From a virus (Duplodnaviria > Caudoviricetes), in IMG/VR virus record IMGVR_UViG_3300049846_001081: a stretch of 64,000 nt of DNA. One strand, given 5' to 3'. Position numbers and translations under genes: made by a program. Shown piece by piece: positions 19,040 through 30,694 of the stretch (the first letter of the stretch is position 1; each line of letters begins with the position of its first letter). The notes under the pieces are model-generated. The model was not told the origin of the DNA. It did not search any database and was given only the letters and a program-made list of their open reading frames with translations.

Positions 19040-22000
19040 ATGACTTACAACGCAGAAGTTCAATTCAAGTTTGATGCCACCTGGACTCCCAGTTATAATT
19101 CTTCGTTTTCTGATGACGACTTTATTCCTGAAGAGCACTATTTGATTACTGCTCCTGCTGCTGACTTGAACGCAAAGCAGTATTTCAAACTGTTTGAGAA
19201 GTTTATGCTTTGTGTTGGTATGTGTCCCGCAAGTATTCGTAGTGGTGCAATGTCATTGGTCTTTAATGATTTTGTGACTGAAGAAGAACAACGTAAGGTT
19301 TGTAAAGAATACGAACTGACGATGGATGAAGACCTTGAAGATAAGTTCAAGGAGTGGAAAGTGCGGGATGAAGAGATTGCCCGTTTGATGAAAGCACCTA
19401 AAGGTCCAATGGGAACTGTGTTGAGTGAAGAGGAACTGACGAACCTGGAAGAAGGGCAATGAAACTGATTTCATTCAAACATCGTGAGGATTATGGACAC
19501 GAGTGGTATGTTCAAGTTCTTCATACCAAACGATGGGCACTTCTTCAGACATCAGTTTCTTGGAATGATTATGCTGGTTGGCCTTACATCCAAATCAAAT
19601 CTGGAACTGGAACTCTTTTGAGTATTATGTTCTGGGTGTATAGGTTTGGATTTGATATTGGTGTCTGTGAGCACACTTGGAACTTTGAGTATCTGAAAGA
19701 CCTTGATGAAGACTTTGCCAAAGATTTGGATAAATGGAGTGAAGAATGAGGTTCCGTAACATAGAGTTCCGTTGGAGTAAATGCAACAACAAGTATGAAC
19801 TCGTCAAGTGGAATCAACGCAATGGTTCCGTAGAAGAGACTTGTTATGTGATTGCTTTCTTTGATAAAGGTTCAGAGTGTTATGATATGAGAACCATAGG
19901 TGATAGGTTCTTTGAGGATAAAGATGCTTGGGTTGTTGGTAAGTATGGTCTGGAGTTTTTAAATGAAGTCTTTGAGATTGAAAGGATTGAAGAGGAACTG
20001 AAATGACTGAACGAGCACAAAGAGTAAAAGAAGCATTTTGGGGAAACACAGAATATCCAGATGACCTTGATGAATGCAACCTTGCTAATGCTCTCCGTGA
20101 GGTTGTTATTGAAGTGATACTTAAGTATATGCAGTATGCTGAATGGGAAATAGTCAATAAAATTATGGAAGATATTAACGAACTTGCTGATGAATTGGAG
20201 GCACTATGAAAAACTTTGATGGAATTGATTGGGCAGTTTTGTTTGTATTTTTTATTGCAATCGTTGCTGGTGCTATCATCAGCTATGATGCCCAACAACA
20301 ACGAGTATTATTCCAACAAACATACAATAAAAACTTGGAGTGTCGTCAAGCACTCAAAGACCAAACAGTAGTAAGAGTGAATGAGATTTGTGGAACTGTT
20401 CCACAAATCAAAGATTTTACAGGAGGAAACTGAAATGACTAATTATAATGATGATTTCTTTGGAATTATTGTTCTATTTGTTCTTATTGCGTCTTTTATG
20501 GGTATGTTGGTATTTGCTCACGGAGAAGGATATAAAAGGGGAGTGGATGAAACTCTTGTTTTGTGTATGGAAAACGCAAAGGATTGTAAAATCAAGTATG
20601 ATTATTTGAAGTTGGAGGAGCAGAAGGGATTATGATATTAAAAATCCTCAAGTTCTTATTCTCAAAAGAAATTGAAGTTGCTCCTGGTGTTTTTTGGTTA
20701 GGTGGAGTATTATATGAGAACCGCAATAAACCAACAACACCACCACCACTCAAATGGAAAACTGCCGAATTGGTAAATGTAGAGGAGATTGAAAATGATT
20801 GAACTTCGTATCGTTGAGAATGAACTGGGAATGAAACCAGATATTCAGTATCGTCATCATATGCTTAGAGTTGATGCAAATGGAGCATTATGCCCACCTC
20901 CATATGAGTATGTGTGGAGTGAATGGAGAACTGCCGAATATGTGAAGGCAGAGGAGATTGAAAAGTGAGTATTCTTGAAGATTTTAGAACTTGGTTGTGG
21001 ATTATGAAAAATAACTATAACCCACATATGAGTGAATATTTTTTCAATCGTGTTGGTTCTAACCTTCCAGAACAAACATTTATAAAAGCAGAGGAGATTG
21101 AAAATGATTGAAATTCAAAAGAACTACAAACTCACACTCACAGAGCAACAAGCAAAAGAACTCTACTGGATTTTGAAAGATGTAAATTTGGATGTTGATA
21201 ATGAGTTGAAACTTGTTTATCACGAACTCAAAAAACTCTTTGATAGTGGTATCCGATGAAAACTTTTATTGCTTATCTACTTAAATTGCCACTTTATTTT
21301 GTGTCTTTATATGGTATCGCAGCACTCACAGGATTTTCAATTTGGTGGTGTATTCCAATCTGCACCGTGATTGGTTTGTCTTATGAAATTGGTGAGATGG
21401 TGAGGAAAAGGCAATGAAAAAGTATCGTATCAAAAAAGAAACTTATAATGATACTACAAAGTATTATCCACAAGAGAAATTTTTGTATTCTTGGTATAAT
21501 ATCTTTGCCTATGAGGTTTATTTTGATGGTGGATACGATACTCTAGAAGAAGCACGGAAACAACTTTGTGAGTATTGTAGAGAACCTGTGGTAGAATACC
21601 TTGACTTTGACCCTACGAGGGATTGTAAATGAACGAAACACTCAATAAGAACCTCACACTCATTCAAGAGGTTGCTAACAAAGCCCTGGAACTTCATAAG
21701 AATTCAACAGAACGATTTGGTGGTGTAAATTATGCTGACCTACGAGTGGTGGATGTATGGGTGAAGTATAGTATTCACGAAGAGGATTTGGAGTATGGTG
21801 TGCTGATTGAAGAATGCTCACCAACTGCTTATGATTTACAGGATTATATGGTAGAATACCTGAAAGAAAACCTTCCTGATTATTTGAAGGATTTAGTAGA
21901 TGTGGTGACTGCTTGGTAATTATGACTGAAAGAAAACCTATACAAATCTCTGGTGATATGGTATTGTGTTCTGATAATACCTTATGGAAACTTGATGGTG

Positions 22001-24743
22001 GTTGGTGGGAAAAACTTGCTCCCATTCCTACTGATGAAGAATATGAAGCACAACAAGATGCACGATTGGAATGGAATAACAAATATATGGAAGCACTATA
22101 CGAACGAGGTAGTTTGGGTAAAAAATGACTGAATTTCAACCAAAACCACAACATCCAGAAGAAGTTGCTGATGGACTTCGTAATGCTTTTATACAAGCAA
22201 AGGAAGATGGAGTGTTTGATGAACCAGAGCATTATGATGAAGTAGAGTGGGATGAGAATGACAATACACCAAACCTCCAAAAGATTATTGATAAAATGGT
22301 AGAGGAACGTAAAGCACAAAAACTCTATAATATCCTGAAAGATAGATGGTGTTTTTCCGAAGATGCTTGTGAAGAAATTGTAGAGGCAGTTGCTGAATGG
22401 TTGCCGAAAGAACAAAATGCTTCTGGTTCTCAAAATGTGAATACTGAATTACTTGTTGATGGTTTCAACAACTGTCTTGAAAAAATTAAAGGGATGCTAC
22501 GATGACCGAACATAATCTCCCAGTTCCTGATGATTTGCCTTATCTAAATCTATCTCAAAGTGAATTGGATGAATTGAGAAAATCAAAGAAAGAATTAACG
22601 GAATACGGCAAACAGAGGTTGAGAGAACTTATCTACAAACAGGATATGCACAAAATGGAAGATGCTGCAAAAGACCTTGTTCTTGAAAATCTTACGCACG
22701 AAGAAATGTTGGAAATTGCTGAAAAAAGAGAGGCAGAGAACAAGGCACTTGATGCTCTGGATAAACTTTATGAGAAGCACGGTGATGCTATGCTGAAACT
22801 TGCTGAGATCGAAAAAGAAGAATGGGAACGCAAAGAACGCAGTGATACTGTCCTTCGACGATATAATCACTTCTACAACGAAGAATGTTCTGGGTTGCCT
22901 CACGGAACACCAATTACTCCGGAACATATGCAGGCAATCACACTAGAATGTGCTGTTGATGCTCTTATGTGCGAAAATCTGAATGTAGAGTATAATGTGA
23001 TTGCGATTGATGACATCAAAGATTTGATTGCACGATTGTATCAACAGAGTAATGAGTTCCTGAAACGAGTACAAGAGTTCAAAGATAGTGCTGATGGAGT
23101 AGCATAATGAACATTACATTTAAACAGCATATTCTATTGTTAGCAGGGCTTACATTGTTGTGTGATGAAGCTGCAAAAGTGAATAATACAGAAATGCAAC
23201 ACGAAATCTTGAAACTATCTGATATTATTCAAGAATATGCTGAAAGGAAGCAAAGAGCAGATGAACGACGGGAGAAGAAAAATGAAACTCTGTAAGGATT
23301 GTAAGTATTATCGTAAGGATTGGTTCTCTCATCTTATGGGGATGGGACACCGACACGATACTTGCACTTCTCCTAATACTTCCACAAATCTTATAACTGG
23401 TAATGAGAACAGATTTTGTGATATGTTGAGAGCAGAACGATGGGAAAAACTTGATTATTCTTGTGGACCTGATGGTAAGTTCTGGGAGGCAAAATGACTA
23501 AACTAGTAAGGTGGGAAGAAAACCCAGACGAAATCGTGCTGGAAGAGGTGGAGATGTTTCACCTGGAAAGTATGAACGAACGGAGTTTGTGGGTGGGTAT
23601 TTACACACAAGACAAAAAGATTTACCACTTGAATATTCACGCAGATGGTGATAAACTAAATTATTATTGGAGCGATGAAACGCCGTGAGATTTGAAAACC
23701 CAACAAAATGGGAACTCTTCCTTGATGGTTTCCGTAATGTCTTGTATATTCTTGACTGTTATGATGATGGTGATGAATGGGGATATGATGAGTTCTGGGA
23801 GAGTTTGAGTATTGGTTGGTTTCAAGAGTATATCTATCCTTATGATGATGGATACGTTCCAACTATCAGTCCAGAACGTAGGTTGAGATTAGGACAAGAA
23901 CCAGAAAGGATTATTGTATCTGCAGAAGCATATGATGAACTTGTGCGACGAATCAATGAACCACCAGATCCTGCTGTGGTAGAACGAATTAAAGAAATTA
24001 TGAATCGTAAAGCCCCTTGGGATGATGACCGAGAAATCTAAGATCTTCTATAACATTTGGTGCTGTGCATATCAACGCAGGGGACTATATAGAGGAACTG
24101 ATAGGGAACATAGAGAGCACGAAACTGTGCGAATGTGTCTTGATATGAAAGATGTGAAGTTCTACCAGTTTGATACAGAGAAACCGCGATATGTCTAAGA
24201 AACCAACAAAAACTACATTAAACTGGTGGGAATATTGGATCGGTCATTGCTGGATGATGGGGTGGCAAAATATTCGTGGATCTTTTCGTATCTGGAGAGA
24301 TCTAATGACCGGTAATTATAATGATTATGCACTGATGTGGTATGATGATCCTTATGAGGAATGTGTTAGTTGGTTCTGGGGAACTCTTGGTGATGATGAT
24401 ACTTTACCTAAAGAATTTCTTGAAGGATTGTTAGTTCAAGTAGCACAAATTGAAAGTGGTGAAGTGAAACCAGTTCCATTTACTAGAGAAATGTTTGATG
24501 AACTTGAAGACCTTGTGGGTGATATTGAAGTAAACCTTAATGAAAAGTTAGATGATGACAATCTTTGATTTGGTTCAGGATGAACGTAGATATGGTTGGG
24601 TTGTAGATAAACGCTATGACTGGATCAATATGTTGATGACAATGCAGAAGAAGAAACCACAACGATTTAAAGAGTTTCAGTACACAAATGCCACAATTTA
24701 TCATTACATAGATAGAGTACAGATGGAACAAACTTATGAGTGA
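19040..24743 (+). other. Dense cluster of about 25 small hypothetical CDSs (e.g. 19040-19462, 19459-19749, 19746-20006, 20003-20209, 20206-20433, 20435-20635, 20632-20802, 20795-20968, 20965-21111, 21414-21632, 21629-21919, 22125-22505, 22502-23107, 23107-23295, 23494-23688, 23685-24041, 24552-24743)
   Basis: Continuous ATGA-type stop/start overlaps, acidic phage-like composition, no recognisable family motifs. Confidence 0.7.
20781..21107 (+). repeat. Three copies of an 18-19 bp gene-junction repeat AGAGGAGATTGAAAA(T/GT)GA
   Basis: Copies at 20781-20798, 20950-20968 and 21090-21107. Confidence 0.85.
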
Positions 24744-25209
24744 AGTAACGTTCAAGAAGCACAGAGTATTCCGTGAAACAGACGCAGTTGTTTTCTATGA
24801 TATATCAGTTGAGCATTCAAACGCTCAGGATCTCGTTGTTCATACTGGTCCTGCTATCAGTCCTCCTGATGATATTGTAGGAGCAAAACAATTTTATATT
24901 CATTATCACCAGGTAGATCATAATCGTGTTCTGTCTGGACTTCGCACGTTTGAACTTGTAAATCCTGAGTGGAGATACCCATATCATATCGTTCATCTTA
25001 ATCGTTCTTCTGGTGCATTAGTCATTCCTAAGATGACTTATCATCGTTCATATTCTGGTGAAGATGGATCTATCGTGATTAACCAAGCAATCCGCGATGA
25101 TGAGTTTAATCCAGAGACAGAGTTTATTCCAGTATCTGCTGCACAAAATCAAGAACTTTATCGCATTCTTGCACATGAAAAACCGGTGATTCATACGCTT
25201 GGAGAATAA
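24736..25209 (+). CDS. Cupin-fold (RmlC-like) protein
   Basis: FYIHYHQVDHNRVLSG.RTFELV...LVIPKMTYHRS matches the two-motif cupin His pattern. Confidence 0.55.
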   Translation: MSEVTFKKHRVFRETDAVVFYDISVEHSNAQDLVVHTGPAISPPDDIVGAKQFYIHYHQVDHNRVLSGLRTFELVNPEWRYPYHIVHLNRSSGALVIPKMTYHRSYSGEDGSIVINQAIRDDEFNPETEFIPVSAAQNQELYRILAHEKPVIHTLGE

Positions 25210-25211
25210 CT

Positions 25212-25607
25212 ATGGGTATGTTTGATTATGTGCGTTCTTCATATAATCTGGGAGAACAATTCACAAATGTAGAGTGTCAGACAAAAGATATTGAAGAGGG
25301 ATATAGTGGAACAATGTCTCACTTCTGGATAGATCCTGCTGGTTATTTGTGGTGTGGTGATTATAAAGGAACATCAACATTTGAAACTATTGAAAAGGAC
25401 GATCCACGCTATAGTTCCAAACATCTATTCCTAAACTATGAGTGGGTTCCTACGGGTCAACGTGGAAGGTATCACGTTCATCCGATTACAAAATATGTTG
25501 AAATATATCCAGCACAATGGGATGGATTGTGGGAAGATTGGCCTCGCTGTAGATTGCACTTTAAACATGGTAAGTTAATGGATTTTGAGGATGTTACTGG
25601 GCGATGA
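25212..25607 (+). CDS. Conserved phage hypothetical protein
   Basis: MGMFDYV...QTKD...F.HGKL pattern widespread in phages. Confidence 0.6.
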   Translation: MGMFDYVRSSYNLGEQFTNVECQTKDIEEGYSGTMSHFWIDPAGYLWCGDYKGTSTFETIEKDDPRYSSKHLFLNYEWVPTGQRGRYHVHPITKYVEIYPAQWDGLWEDWPRCRLHFKHGKLMDFEDVTGR

Positions 25608-25728
25608 GTGATAAAGTAAAAGTAGTCACTATGCTGAGTGTCCTAGTGGCACTTGACCTGTGTATCATTGGTGGGATATTATGGAAGGGTCACGCAAATT
25701 TCCCTGAACTCATCAAGCATCTACATCA

Positions 25729-26190
25729 ATGAAGGAATTTGACTATGCCCTGGACTACAAGGTTCTGGACTTCACACTTCCAGAGAATCGCAAACTTTAT
25801 CGCATTGCACGAGGGGAGCAAGGCGTATTATTGGTGCGCCCTTATACTGACGACATTTGCGCTCATTGGAGATTTGTAGATGTGGTTACTGCTCGTAAAT
25901 CTTCTGCTAAGATATACGAAATGTATCAAGATTATAAACGACAGAAGGATTTCATTGGAATGGATATGGCACGGAAATTCCTTGAGATGGGATTCACTCG
26001 CGCCAGACGGTACGCGAATCATAGTAGTGGACGGAAATATGATAAGACTGGAAAGGTACGTCCTCAAGAAATAGATTGGAAAACAAATGAAAAAGCACAA
26101 GCAGCACAAATCTTCAAAGAGGTGAGAGATAAAGTTGCTTATGATCCAGAGTATCAACAAATGCGTAAAGCATGGAGAGCATCAGAGTGA
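25729..26190 (+). CDS. DUF4385-family protein
   Basis: YRIARGEQGVL...HWRF...DFIGMDMARKFLEMGFTRARRYANH signature. Confidence 0.75.
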   Translation: MKEFDYALDYKVLDFTLPENRKLYRIARGEQGVLLVRPYTDDICAHWRFVDVVTARKSSAKIYEMYQDYKRQKDFIGMDMARKFLEMGFTRARRYANHSSGRKYDKTGKVRPQEIDWKTNEKAQAAQIFKEVRDKVAYDPEYQQMRKAWRASE

Positions 26191-26855
26191 TTAGTACAGA
26201 ACTATTCCCATACGAAACCTTCCCCATTCGTCTTGAGTTTGGTGAGAAGAAGAACACTACAGTGTCTTATTTTCAGTGTCAGGAACACCTTGACAAATAC
26301 CTAGAAAGGTATAAACTGGATAAGAGAACTATTAAACTTGATTATCGTGATGGAGAACCCTCTAAACCCAGTCAAAAACGTAAGAGAAGTGTGGAACAAA
26401 AACCTGAACCAAAAAGTAAAGGAAGTGTTGGTACAGGTAAAAAACGAACCACCCGCTTGGATTCCACTAGAAACACTACTAGCACTACAAAGCGTAAAAA
26501 ATGACTGAAGAAACAAAACTTATTCTGGGACTGATGCAGATTGATAATCTGACTTCGCTTCTGGAAGGCAACGAATATGAAAAGTTTTTGTGTAGTCATC
26601 TCATTTCAATTCAAGTAGAACTCAATAGGCAATTAAGTCATTATGGAAAAACAATTGATTGATGATGCTTTCTATGTGGAGCAAAAGAAATGGGGAACAT
26701 GGGACTCTTACGATAAAGAAGGAAAGTGTATCGTAACGTCACTGACTGAAGAGGAATGTGTAAGGGCAACCAGATTTCTTCTCAAGGGAAGACAAGAGGG
26801 ATTTGATGAAACTGCTCATATAAAATATGATGGAGTAGTTGGTGGAAAATTATGA
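26172..26855 (+). other. Hypothetical CDSs 26172-26504, 26501-26662, 26643-26855
   Basis: Tiled + strand ORFs. Confidence 0.6.
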
Positions 26856-27256
26856 CTCAAAGTGTTTACAAGACAGAACTTTATCGTAACCCCAAAATAC
26901 AAATTAAAAGATCACCAGTTCAAGGTTGGGGAATGTTTGCAAATGAACCTCTCAAAAAGTATGAACTTTTAGAGGAATCTCCAATTATTATTATTGGGCA
27001 AGAAGAACTTGCAAATCCACATAATCTTGGTAGATATTTTGCCACTATTAAAGACGGGAGAGTTTTCATAAGTTTGGGTTCTGGTGTTTTGTATAATCAT
27101 TCTCTCACACCTAATGTTGAATGGTATATTGATGGAGTTAATCTGACTCAGAACTATTACACATTAAGAGACATTGAAGTTGGCGAAGAACTTTTTTCAT
27201 GCTATAATCCAAATATAACTTTTGAAGAACAAAATGGCAATCAGATCGTTCACTGA
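26852..27256 (+). CDS. SET-domain protein (putative protein lysine methyltransferase)
   Basis: IKRSPVQGWGMFA (motif I), LYNHSLTPNV (NHS motif), TLRDIEVGEELFSCY (ELxxxY motif). Confidence 0.85.
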   Translation: MTQSVYKTELYRNPKIQIKRSPVQGWGMFANEPLKKYELLEESPIIIIGQEELANPHNLGRYFATIKDGRVFISLGSGVLYNHSLTPNVEWYIDGVNLTQNYYTLRDIEVGEELFSCYNPNITFEEQNGNQIVH

Positions 27257-27910
27257 TAAAAATGGTAACGTTTGGGAATGGAAAGAAACTCCCGAAGTTC
27301 TAGAAGCACTTAAAAACTTTCACGCAGGAGATTATCAAGGTCCTCTTTATGCTCCACATCCTGATTTGAATAATGAAAATAAGACTAACACCTAATCAAC
27401 AGATGTGGGCTAATATCTTTCGTTGTGCTGTAGAACGTTCTAATCTTTACTTCGCAGATAAAGATCTAGATAGACACGCAAGAGAGCACACTACAGTTGT
27501 ATTAGCACTTCAAAAAGGAGAACAGTTTTGGAAGGAACTCCTGTAGAACAACCCTATCACGTTCTTGATCCTACGACTCCTTGGTATGAATGGATGTCAT
27601 ATCTTGAGTGTTGTCAGAGTTTGAACATAAAACCTAGCATGAATAGATTTCTTGCCTATAATAGATACTATAAATCCGTTATAGAGGAATGAATTTTTTA
27701 CGCTGGTTGTTTTCTCCCACCGACAAAGAAATGTGTGAAGAGACTAATATCTACTCCATCCTTCTTGATCTACAAGAAAGAGTAGAAGTATTAGAGGCAG
27801 AGAACATTGAAACCACAAATACTCTTTATGAACTTATGAATTCTATTGATGCAGTTGATGCACGTATAGATATTCTGACTTTAGAAAAGTGGAAAGAGAA
27901 AGATGTATAA
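27234..27910 (+). other. Small hypothetical CDSs (27234-27395, about two more, 27689-27910)
   Basis: Tiled + strand ORFs, partly read manually. Confidence 0.55.
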
Positions 27911-27919
27911 TAAATAGAT

Positions 27920-28019
27920 TGTCTGTTGGTACTGCAATTCTCTACAGACAAGATTAGGTGCTCCTGTGAGCACCTTTTCTACTATGAACTTTAATAAATA
28001 ATAATGCAGTACCAATAGA
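27920..28019 (+). promoter_or_regulatory. Structured leader of the GIY-YIG gene with internal late promoter
   Basis: 15-bp inverted repeat 27922-27936/28005-28019; inner hairpin AGGTGCTC-CTGT-GAGCACCT at 27956-27975; TAATAAATA at 27992-28000. Confidence 0.7.
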
Positions 28020-28025
28020 ATAGAA

Positions 28026-28772
28026 ATGACTAAAAAAAGTCCAAGAATATACACGTATAAAATTACTTTTGAAGAAGTTCCATATTATTACTATGGAGTA
28101 AAAAAAGAAAAATATTTTAATCAAAAATATTTTGGTTCTCCTATAACACATAAATGGTGCTGGAAATTTTATACGCCAAAGAAACAGATATTAGAAGTGT
28201 TTGATTATACTGATGAAGGATATTGTAAAGCATTTGAAGTTGAAAAAAGACTAATTAAACCAGTTCTAAATGATAAGTGGTGCCTAAATGAAAATGTTGG
28301 TGGAGTTATATCTTTATCTTCTTTAAGAAAAGTAGGTGAAAATCATTTCAAAAATGGTACAGGTTGTTTTTGTCTATCTAAAGAAGAAAGAACAGAACTG
28401 AGTAAAGAAATTGTTGAAAAGAATAGAAAAAATAAAATCGGATTATTTGGTATGAACAAGAAACAAGTACTTGATGCTGCCAAACTAGGAGGACAGAAAA
28501 GTTTTGAAATGAAAACAGGAGTTTTTTCATTAACGAAAGAAGAAAGAAAGGAATTAAATCAAAAACTTAAAGAAGAAAAAAGAGGAATTTATGGAATAAG
28601 TAAAGAAAGAAGAGAAGAAATTGGTAGAGTGTCTGGAAAAAAATCTGCAAAGATAATAAATTCTCAAAAGTGGGAATGTTCTGAAACTGGTTATATATCA
28701 ACGCCTGCAGGTCTTACGCATTATCAAAAATCAAGAGGTATAGATACTTCCAAAAGAAATAGGATTAAGTAA
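28026..28772 (+). mobile_element. Free-standing GIY-YIG-family (Seg-like) homing endonuclease
   Basis: N-terminal IYTYKIT...YYYGV...Y.GS...E.RLI...LNEN catalytic pattern; Lys-rich repeated C-terminal DNA-binding modules; very AT-rich relative to its neighbours. Confidence 0.75.
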
Positions 28773-29070
28773 ATGTATGAAAATCAAAGTAATTTTGAAA
28801 AAGCACTCTTGCTATTTTGCAATAGAGTTGATATAATATGTGCTATGGAGATGTCTAACAAAATTGATGCTGACTCTGCTTACAAAAATATTAAGGCTGA
28901 ACTTAAAGAACTCAAACGAATCCGCAAACAACTCAAAAAAGACGCGGATTTGTGATAAATGTGGTGTTGTAAAACCTCTTGACAAAGATCACTATCAAGT
29001 GGTAAAGTATTTTCGTGATGGTTTCTCTTACTATTGCCACGACTGTTCTAAACCTAAACCCAGAGATTGA
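28773..29070 (+). other. Hypothetical CDS 28773-28955 and a small CxxC...CxxC zinc-finger ORF ending at 29070 (start uncertain)
   Basis: CDKC...CHDC motif. Confidence 0.55.
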
Positions 29071-29501
29071 TTATGGACTATAAAAAGTATTCACTTGAAA
29101 ATCTTGAAAACTGGATGCATGATGCACTTTCTTGTAGTGAAGCATCGTCGCAAGAGATTTATGATGTGATTAAAAATGTCGTGAGTGAAAACTACTACAT
29201 TTACAAAGATCATACTGAAAGGTGTTATGAACTTCTTGCACTACTGAATGGTAATGGTAAAAAAGTACAACTTGATTTTGATGTTGAGGCAATTAGAGAA
29301 GCAGGTGGATATGAATGGACTCCAGCATTATCAAACGATAAAGTTGTAAAGTGGCAACTTCCTGTTGAGGTTGATGGTGCAAGTGGGGAATACTTTGTTC
29401 AGTTTCCTGATGATCTCTTAAAGGCAACAAATCTAAAGGAAGGAGATCAAGTTCAGTGGATAAATCAAGGTGATGGTTCTTATCTATTGCGTAAAGTATA
29501 A
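29067..29501 (+). CDS. Hypothetical protein with C-terminal AbrB/MazE-like domain
   Basis: GEYFVQFPDDLLKATNLKEGDQVQWINQGDGSYLLRKV resembles a swapped-hairpin AbrB fold. Confidence 0.6.
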   Translation: MIMDYKKYSLENLENWMHDALSCSEASSQEIYDVIKNVVSENYYIYKDHTERCYELLALLNGNGKKVQLDFDVEAIREAGGYEWTPALSNDKVVKWQLPVEVDGASGEYFVQFPDDLLKATNLKEGDQVQWINQGDGSYLLRKV

Positions 29502-30163
29502 TGGAAACCCTCCAATTTCTTGCTCCCATTCTTGGTGGTCTTTGTATCAATAATTTTATGGAAAAACAAGGAGATTTTTGTAATTTTAGACAAGAACCAC
29601 CATCTGTGGTAAAATACTATGAACCTGGAAAGTCCTGTTATGTAAATGGGACATTTTACACTAAATGTGAGGATAGATTAAATGGCATTAAGTAAGCAAA
29701 CACTAGATCACCTTTTGGAGGCAGAATCACATCTTCGTGCTGCAATCAAGTCCGCTGCCATAAATGAAAAACCATTAGTAGTTAAGCAATTATCACAACT
29801 TCTTCTTGATGTGGAACAATGTAAGAAGTTTGAGGAGATTATGGATATTCTGGAGAACAGAAAACCAGGTAGTCGTGGTAGTTTTGGTTCATTCTTTGAT
29901 GAAGATTAAGAACTGTAAAGCAATCCCGAAGAGATTATTAAATGTCTAGATAGTTTATGTTGATATGCTAATATATCTGGGTACTCGGGAGCAAAACAAT
30001 GACACTTTCATCAGATAACAAAAAAAATCTATCAGACTCTGAGTGGAATGAAATGAACGCTCTTCGTAAAGCAATCAATGATCGTCCACAAGCAGTTCAT
30101 CCAGATAAAATGGAAGAGTTCACTGCTTACCTTGTGCGAAGTTTGCGAGAAATGGGCAATTAA
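29501..30163 (+). other. Small hypothetical CDSs 29501-29695, 29682-29909, 29999-30163
   Basis: Tiled + strand ORFs; the last was read manually (MTLSSDNKKNLSDSEWNEM...). Confidence 0.6.
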
Positions 30164-30174
30164 ATAAGTGTCAT

Positions 30175-30210
30175 AGGGTGCTGGACAAGCACCCTTTTTT
30201 GATATATACT
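30175..30210 (+). promoter_or_regulatory. Overlapping terminator hairpin and sigma70 promoter
   Basis: AGGGTGCT-GGACA-AGCACCCT plus a T run; TGGACA(30182)-N17-TATACT(30205). Confidence 0.65.
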
Positions 30211-30231
30211 GTTTTGAGAATAACAAATCTA

Positions 30232-30648
30232 ATGAATCTTAAAGCAGTTTTAATTGCTAGTCTAATTACATTACCTTTTCCTGCATTTGCTCAACAAACT
30301 AACATCTATTCTGTTTGTACTAATTACCAAGAAAACTATACTCCTGGGTATTATGATCAATATGGTAATTATATTCAAGGAAATGTAAATACACAACGTT
30401 ATAATGTTCAGTGTGGAACTGGTACATACTATCGTCCTAATGGTGGGGCAGTATATCAATCTCCAGTCACTGCACCTGTAGCGCAACCTGGATATGGTAG
30501 AGGTTACTGTTCTCCAGCAAGAACCACTCTTGGTGGTTTGCTTGGTGGAGGGATTGCTGCGTCAGTTTCTAAAAAGAATGCTTGGAGTTGGGCTATTCCT
30601 CTTGGTGCAGTATTGGGAACTGGTGTAGCAAATGCCACATGCTATTAA
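30232..30648 (+). CDS. Exported glycine-zipper protein
   Basis: Likely start ATG 30232 (MNLKAVLIASL, signal-like); C-terminal LGGLLGGGIAA...IPLGAVLG; stop codon lies inside repeat R1. Confidence 0.65.
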   Translation: MNLKAVLIASLITLPFPAFAQQTNIYSVCTNYQENYTPGYYDQYGNYIQGNVNTQRYNVQCGTGTYYRPNGGAVYQSPVTAPVAQPGYGRGYCSPARTTLGGLLGGGIAASVSKKNAWSWAIPLGAVLGTGVANATCY

Positions 30649-30678
30649 AGTTACTCACCTCCAAAGTGTCTTAGTAAT
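30643..30678 (+). repeat. 36-bp element R1
   Basis: TATTAAAGTTACTCACCTCCAAAGTGTCTTAGTAAT, then GTAAG. Confidence 0.95.
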
Positions 30679-30694
30679 GTAAGCACGCAACACA

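Noticed and set aside
19804-22927. Minus ORFs 19804-20301, 21675-22433, 22595-22927
   Set aside because: They overlap tightly tiled + strand genes and have no recognisable motifs.
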